Origin: Longimicrobiales bacterium
GTDB lineage: Bacteria; Gemmatimonadota; Gemmatimonadetes; Longimicrobiales; Gaopeijiaceae
Assembly (NCBI GenBank): GCA_965248195.1
Contig: CBDFIQ010000002.1
Coordinates: 2,432,001-2,496,000 of the forward strand
DNA length: 64,000 nucleotides
Reading direction: 5' to 3'
Shown here: positions 61,423 through 64,000 of the stretch, piece after piece
How positions within the stretch are numbered: the stretch's first letter is position 1
How the letters are laid out: each line of letters begins with the position of its first letter
Position numbers and translations under genes: made by a program
Notes under the pieces: generated by a model
Database searches by the model: none
Told to the model about the DNA's origin: nothing
Seen by the model: only the letters and a program-made list of their open reading frames with translations

Positions 61423-62733
61423 ATGAACTCGCGAGCGTCGACAGGGAAGAAGGCGATCTGGGGGTGGGCGCTCTACGATTTCGGCAACTCGGCGTTCACG
61501 ACGCTGATCGTGACGTTCATCTACTCGGTCTTCTTCGCCCAGGAGATCGCTCCGGACGGTGACTCGGGGACCGTCCTGTGGGCGTACGCGGTGTCCTTCA
61601 CTGCGTTGGTGGTCGCGGTGACGTCACCCTTCCTGGGCGCCCTGGCGGACCGCGGAGGCCGCCGTCGACGCTACCTGCTCATCACGACGGCGGTCGCGAT
61701 CGTAGGGAGTGCGCTGCTCTACCTCCCGACGCCGGGACAGGTGCGCCTCGCCCTGGTGATCTTCGTGATCGCCAACATCGCCTTCGAGCTTTCAGGCGTC
61801 TTCTACAACTCGTACCTGCCCGACATATCCACGCCGGACAATATCGGTAAGATCTCGGGGTATGGGTGGTCGCTGGGATACGTCGGCGGGCTCTTGGCCA
61901 TGGGTATCGCGTTGGTCGGCTTCATCCTCCCGGAATCGCCCTGGTTCGGCATCGCGAACGGCGAGGAGGGGCTCTTTCAGAACGTGCGGATCATTACGGT
62001 GCTGGTCGCCGTGTGGTTCGCGGTCTTCGCGATTCCCATGTTCCGGTGGGTTCGTGAGCCCGAGCACCCAGGCCCTCTCCCGCTCGTCGAACTCCTTCGG
62101 GGTACCGCCGACCAACTCGCGGACACGTTCAAAGAGATCCGGCGTTACAGGCAAACCGTTCGGCTGCTGATCGCCCGGATGTTTTATAACGACGGACTGG
62201 TGACGATCTTCGCTCTCGGGCCACTCTACGCCGCCGAAGTCTTCGGATTTACGCTCACCGAGGTAATGTACTGGGGCCTGGCGCTAAACCTCACGGCCGG
62301 CCTCGGGGCATTTGCGATGGGGTTTCTCGACGACCGTATCGGTGGCCGGAAAACGATTCTCATCTCGCTCATCGGGCTGGTCCTCGCAACCGCCTGGGCT
62401 ACGCTCGCTCCAGCGGAGAGCAAGACGTCCATGTTCCTGGCAGGGTTGGTCGTGGGTATCTTTGTCGGCCCCAATCAGGCCGCAAGCCGATCACTCCTGG
62501 GTCGCTTCGTCCCACCGGAAAAGGAAACAGAGTTCTATGGTTTCTTCGCTTTTTCCGGGAAAGCCATCGCGTTCTTGGGGCCACTCCTTTACGGGTTCAT
62601 GACAACGGTGTTCGGGAGTCAGAGGTATGGTGTGGGTGCGATCATCGTCTTCTTCCTCATCGGGGGGCTGATTCTTGTCACAGTGGACGAGCGAGCGGGT
62701 GTGGCCGCGAGCGGCCGGGCCGAGGCCTCGTAG
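61423..62733 (+). CDS. MFS transporter (UMF1/Atg22-like)
   Basis: GWALYDFGNSAF, FYNSYLPDI, YNDG, QAASRSL, EFYGFF. Confidence 0.9.
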   Translation: MNSRASTGKKAIWGWALYDFGNSAFTTLIVTFIYSVFFAQEIAPDGDSGTVLWAYAVSFTALVVAVTSPFLGALADRGGRRRRYLLITTAVAIVGSALLYLPTPGQVRLALVIFVIANIAFELSGVFYNSYLPDISTPDNIGKISGYGWSLGYVGGLLAMGIALVGFILPESPWFGIANGEEGLFQNVRIITVLVAVWFAVFAIPMFRWVREPEHPGPLPLVELLRGTADQLADTFKEIRRYRQTVRLLIARMFYNDGLVTIFALGPLYAAEVFGFTLTEVMYWGLALNLTAGLGAFAMGFLDDRIGGRKTILISLIGLVLATAWATLAPAESKTSMFLAGLVVGIFVGPNQAASRSLLGRFVPPEKETEFYGFFAFSGKAIAFLGPLLYGFMTTVFGSQRYGVGAIIVFFLIGGLILVTVDERAGVAASGRAEAS

Positions 62734-62735
62734 CC

Positions 62736-63341
62736 ATGCGCATTGTAGCTGGAAGGCACGCGGGCCGGCGTCTGACCTCCCCGGCCAAAAGGATTCGGCC
62801 CACCTCGGAAGATATTCGGGACCGCTGGCTAGGCCGTCTGAAGGACGACCTCGATGGCGCGCGGGTGTTGGATCTCTTCGCTGGCTCCGGAGCACTGGGG
62901 CTCGAGGCCCTTTCCCGGGGTGCCGCTTCGGCGGATTTCGTGGAAAACGGTGCGGAGGCGCTCCACTCACTCAAAGCCAACGTCGCCGCGCTCCGAGAGA
63001 AGAACCGCACACGCATCTTCAAACGAGACGCCATCATTTTCGCAGAGGCGCTGGCTGAGCACAGTTACGACATCGCGTTCGTGGATGCGCCTTACGGATC
63101 GAAGAAGCTGGACCGTATCGTCGCCGCCTGGGCCGTCTGTCACTTCGCCCGGATCCTCGGCGTGGAGCACGCACGGGACCACGTCCTCCCGAATGAGCGG
63201 CTCCGAGGCCGCACGCGCCTCAGCGGTGAGACCGGGGTGACCATCTTCCGCGCCTCGATCGTCGAGGGGCTGCACGCCGGAGCTGGTCCGCAGACCCCTT
63301 CGGAGACCGGGACTCGTCCGCAGGCTCCCTCCGACAGATGA
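62736..63341 (+). CDS. rsmD: 16S rRNA m2G966 methyltransferase RsmD family
   Basis: MRIVAG, IRPT, VLDLFAGSGALGLEALSRGA, FVDAPY. Confidence 0.9.
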   Translation: MRIVAGRHAGRRLTSPAKRIRPTSEDIRDRWLGRLKDDLDGARVLDLFAGSGALGLEALSRGAASADFVENGAEALHSLKANVAALREKNRTRIFKRDAIIFAEALAEHSYDIAFVDAPYGSKKLDRIVAAWAVCHFARILGVEHARDHVLPNERLRGRTRLSGETGVTIFRASIVEGLHAGAGPQTPSETGTRPQAPSDR

Positions 63342-64000
63342 CCAGAGTCGATCAGTTCGAGAGCGTATTCCGCGCGGCGGCACGCACGGTATTCCAGCCG
63401 GAGCGGGTCGAAATCGATTCCGTTCTGGTAGTCTGTGATGGGGACGGAGCCGCCGCCGAAGAGTTCACGGCGCGGACCCACTCATTCCTCGGCGTCCTCG
63501 ACGAGAGCGAGAACCTTCGCTGGCTGACCGTACCGGGGAGTGAGTTCGCCACGGTGCCCGAGCTTCTCGAGCGGGTGGAAGCGGAACGCCCCGGCCTCAT
63601 CTGCACACATCGCCACCTCCACTCGGAGAGCTGGAGGTGGCCGTATACGCTGGGCGAATACGTGGACGTTCTGACCCAGGCGACGGCCACGCCCGTGCTG
63701 GTGATGCCCCACCCAGAGCGCCCGGAGTTCCAGGAACTGGCCGGACGTCGCCCGCGCTCGGTCATGGCGATGACCGATCACCTGACCGGGGACAACCGGC
63801 TGGTGAACTACGCCGCCCACGTCACGCAACGCGGGGGACGCCTCCTGCTCGGTCACGTGGAGGACGACACGATCTTCGAGCGTTACATGGAGGCCATCTC
63901 CAAAATCTCGACGATCGACACGGACGGGGCCCGCCAGGAAATCCGGGCCCGACTGCTGAAGGATCCGGAGGATTACATCGAATCCTGCCGGGAGGGGCTG
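63338..64000 (+). CDS. Hypothetical protein, possibly universal-stress-like fold; partial, runs off the window
   Basis: ATGA overlap with rsmD; open frame MTRVDQFESVFRAA...LGEYVDVLTQATATPVLVMPHP... It is missing from the ORF track, probably because it has no stop inside the window. Confidence 0.72.
   Translation, partial: MTRVDQFESVFRAAARTVFQPERVEIDSVLVVCDGDGAAAEEFTARTHSFLGVLDESENLRWLTVPGSEFATVPELLERVEAERPGLICTHRHLHSESWRWPYTLGEYVDVLTQATATPVLVMPHPERPEFQELAGRRPRSVMAMTDHLTGDNRLVNYAAHVTQRGGRLLLGHVEDDTIFERYMEAISKISTIDTDGARQEIRARLLKDPEDYIESCREGL

Overview
A GC-rich bacterial chromosomal segment. The gene repertoire suggests Gemmatimonadota (inference): ECF/zinc-finger anti-sigma/PDZ sets, a carboxypeptidase-domain TonB receptor, an M6 protease and an alpha2-type GlyRS. 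Core genes include thrC, priA, carB, nth, glyQS, nfuA and rsmD. Transport systems include NatAB-type ABC, MacAB-TolC, NSS, MadLM, TRAP, CstA and MFS. Three ECF sigma/anti-sigma systems lie within the first 26 kb. The stretch from about 8.3 to 19.4 kb looks accessory. It holds an IS3 that splits a TonB-dependent receptor (3-bp CAT duplication), a frameshifted HExxH gene, a degenerate tRNA-Ile remnant flanked by direct repeats, a vapBC module, a structured inverted-repeat element and an intact IS256 with a 9-bp duplication. An apparently identical, inverted IS3 copy runs off the left edge. The strongest candidates for novelty are: (1) a lipoprotein fusing a Ca-binding/lectin-like motif to a JAB/MPN-type catalytic domain, coupled to a secreted poly-Asp partner; (2) a local ECF regulon defined by three copies of GTCACA-N17-GCTC; (3) a tandem duplication of a sigma54-promoter/lipoprotein unit that left a fossil dctM fragment inside a TRAP locus; (4) an M6 protease with a dockerin/EF-hand-like tail coupled to a beta-rich lipoprotein. 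All family calls come from motif recognition by eye; no database searches were run.
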